IMG/VR virus record: IMGVR_UViG_3300023179_000056
Location: 1 to 64,000 of that record
Strand: one strand, 5' to 3'
Source: a virus
DNA: 64,000 bases
Position 1 is the first letter of the stretch; every line of letters begins with the position of its first letter. Shown here one piece after another: positions 63,543 through 64,000 of this stretch. A model generated the notes under the pieces. That model made no database searches, had not been told where the DNA came from, and worked only from the letters and a program-made list of their open reading frames with translations. The position numbers were made by a program, and so were the translations under genes.

Positions 63543-63999
63543 CGTAGTCAGTCTCCAGATCGGTCAGTTCAGGATAGAATGGCAATGAGACGCATCGACG
63601 TGACAAACTTGATGCCACGCTCAACAAGTTAGGTCCTTTACAATCTTGATACGCAGTCAGCTCATGCAGAGGATTCTTGTAGTGTACCTTGGTTTCAATT
63701 TGCCCAGCAGCAAGCCTTTGTTGCAATTCTCTTTGATTATCTACTTCAATCACAAACTTCTGCAACGCATGACCCCTAAAGTTGGTATCATCAATCAAGC
63801 ATCTAATAGATTTTTCTTTTAGTCGGGCCATCCAGTATCTTGCTATCTTGCTTCTGCGCAGTTGCCAATCATCTAGATGCTGAGTTTTAACCATCATCTG
63901 CGCACAGTCAATCTCACTCATGCGACTGTTTGTGCCGACAACGGCATGCCCACCAGCTTTGCCGTTGTTGCACCAATTGCGAGCATATTCAGCTAGGTA
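63514..63999 (-). CDS. DegT/DnrJ/EryC1/StrS sugar aminotransferase (C-terminal part; start outside the window)
   Basis: Frame open to the window edge: NNGK...GTNSRMSEIDCA...R..IA..W...IETKVHY..PLH...SLPFYPEL. Confidence 0.85.
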   Translation of the reverse strand, partial: YLAEYARNWCNNGKAGGHAVVGTNSRMSEIDCAQMMVKTQHLDDWQLRRSKIARYWMARLKEKSIRCLIDDTNFRGHALQKFVIEVDNQRELQQRLAAGQIETKVHYKNPLHELTAYQDCKGPNLLSVASSLSRRCVSLPFYPELTDLETDYVIDSVLAAV

Positions 64000-64000
64000 C

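Noticed and set aside
1-64000. tRNA or rRNA genes
   Set aside because: None recognised by eye, and intergenic gaps are too short or lack cloverleaf motifs; a tRNAscan run would confirm.

Overview
A 64-kb segment of a large T4-like myovirus genome, probably uncultured; the host cannot be determined from the sequence. It contains the head module (gp20 portal, gp21 protease, gp22 scaffold, gp23 capsid), a tape-measure-like gene, and a baseplate/tail module (gp26-, gp51-, gp48/54-, gp53-, hub-, gp5-, gp25- and gp6-like genes, a 4288-aa wedge protein and fibres). It also has a sigma70-driven gp55-gp47-gp46 operon that continues into radical SAM, SDR and endonuclease II genes, four free-standing homing endonucleases, collagen-like fibres and a glycosyltransferase/radical SAM/DegT cluster. 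Main points of interest: (1) gp46 is a fractured gene, split in its Walker A motif by an atypically split intein with an out-of-frame Vsr-like endonuclease between the halves; (2) a ~450-nt ORF-free, stem-rich element ending in c(GNA)g DNA hairpins (candidate large ncRNA and/or origin); (3) a canonical -1 slippery site that would fuse the gp26-like and gp51-like ORFs, as in lambda G/GT; (4) a candidate virion glycosylation system with Thr-rich collagen acceptors; (5) a TAAATA late promoter with probable leaderless mRNAs, and a palindrome at a fixed spacing upstream of two late promoters. All calls come from motif recognition by eye; no database searches were run.
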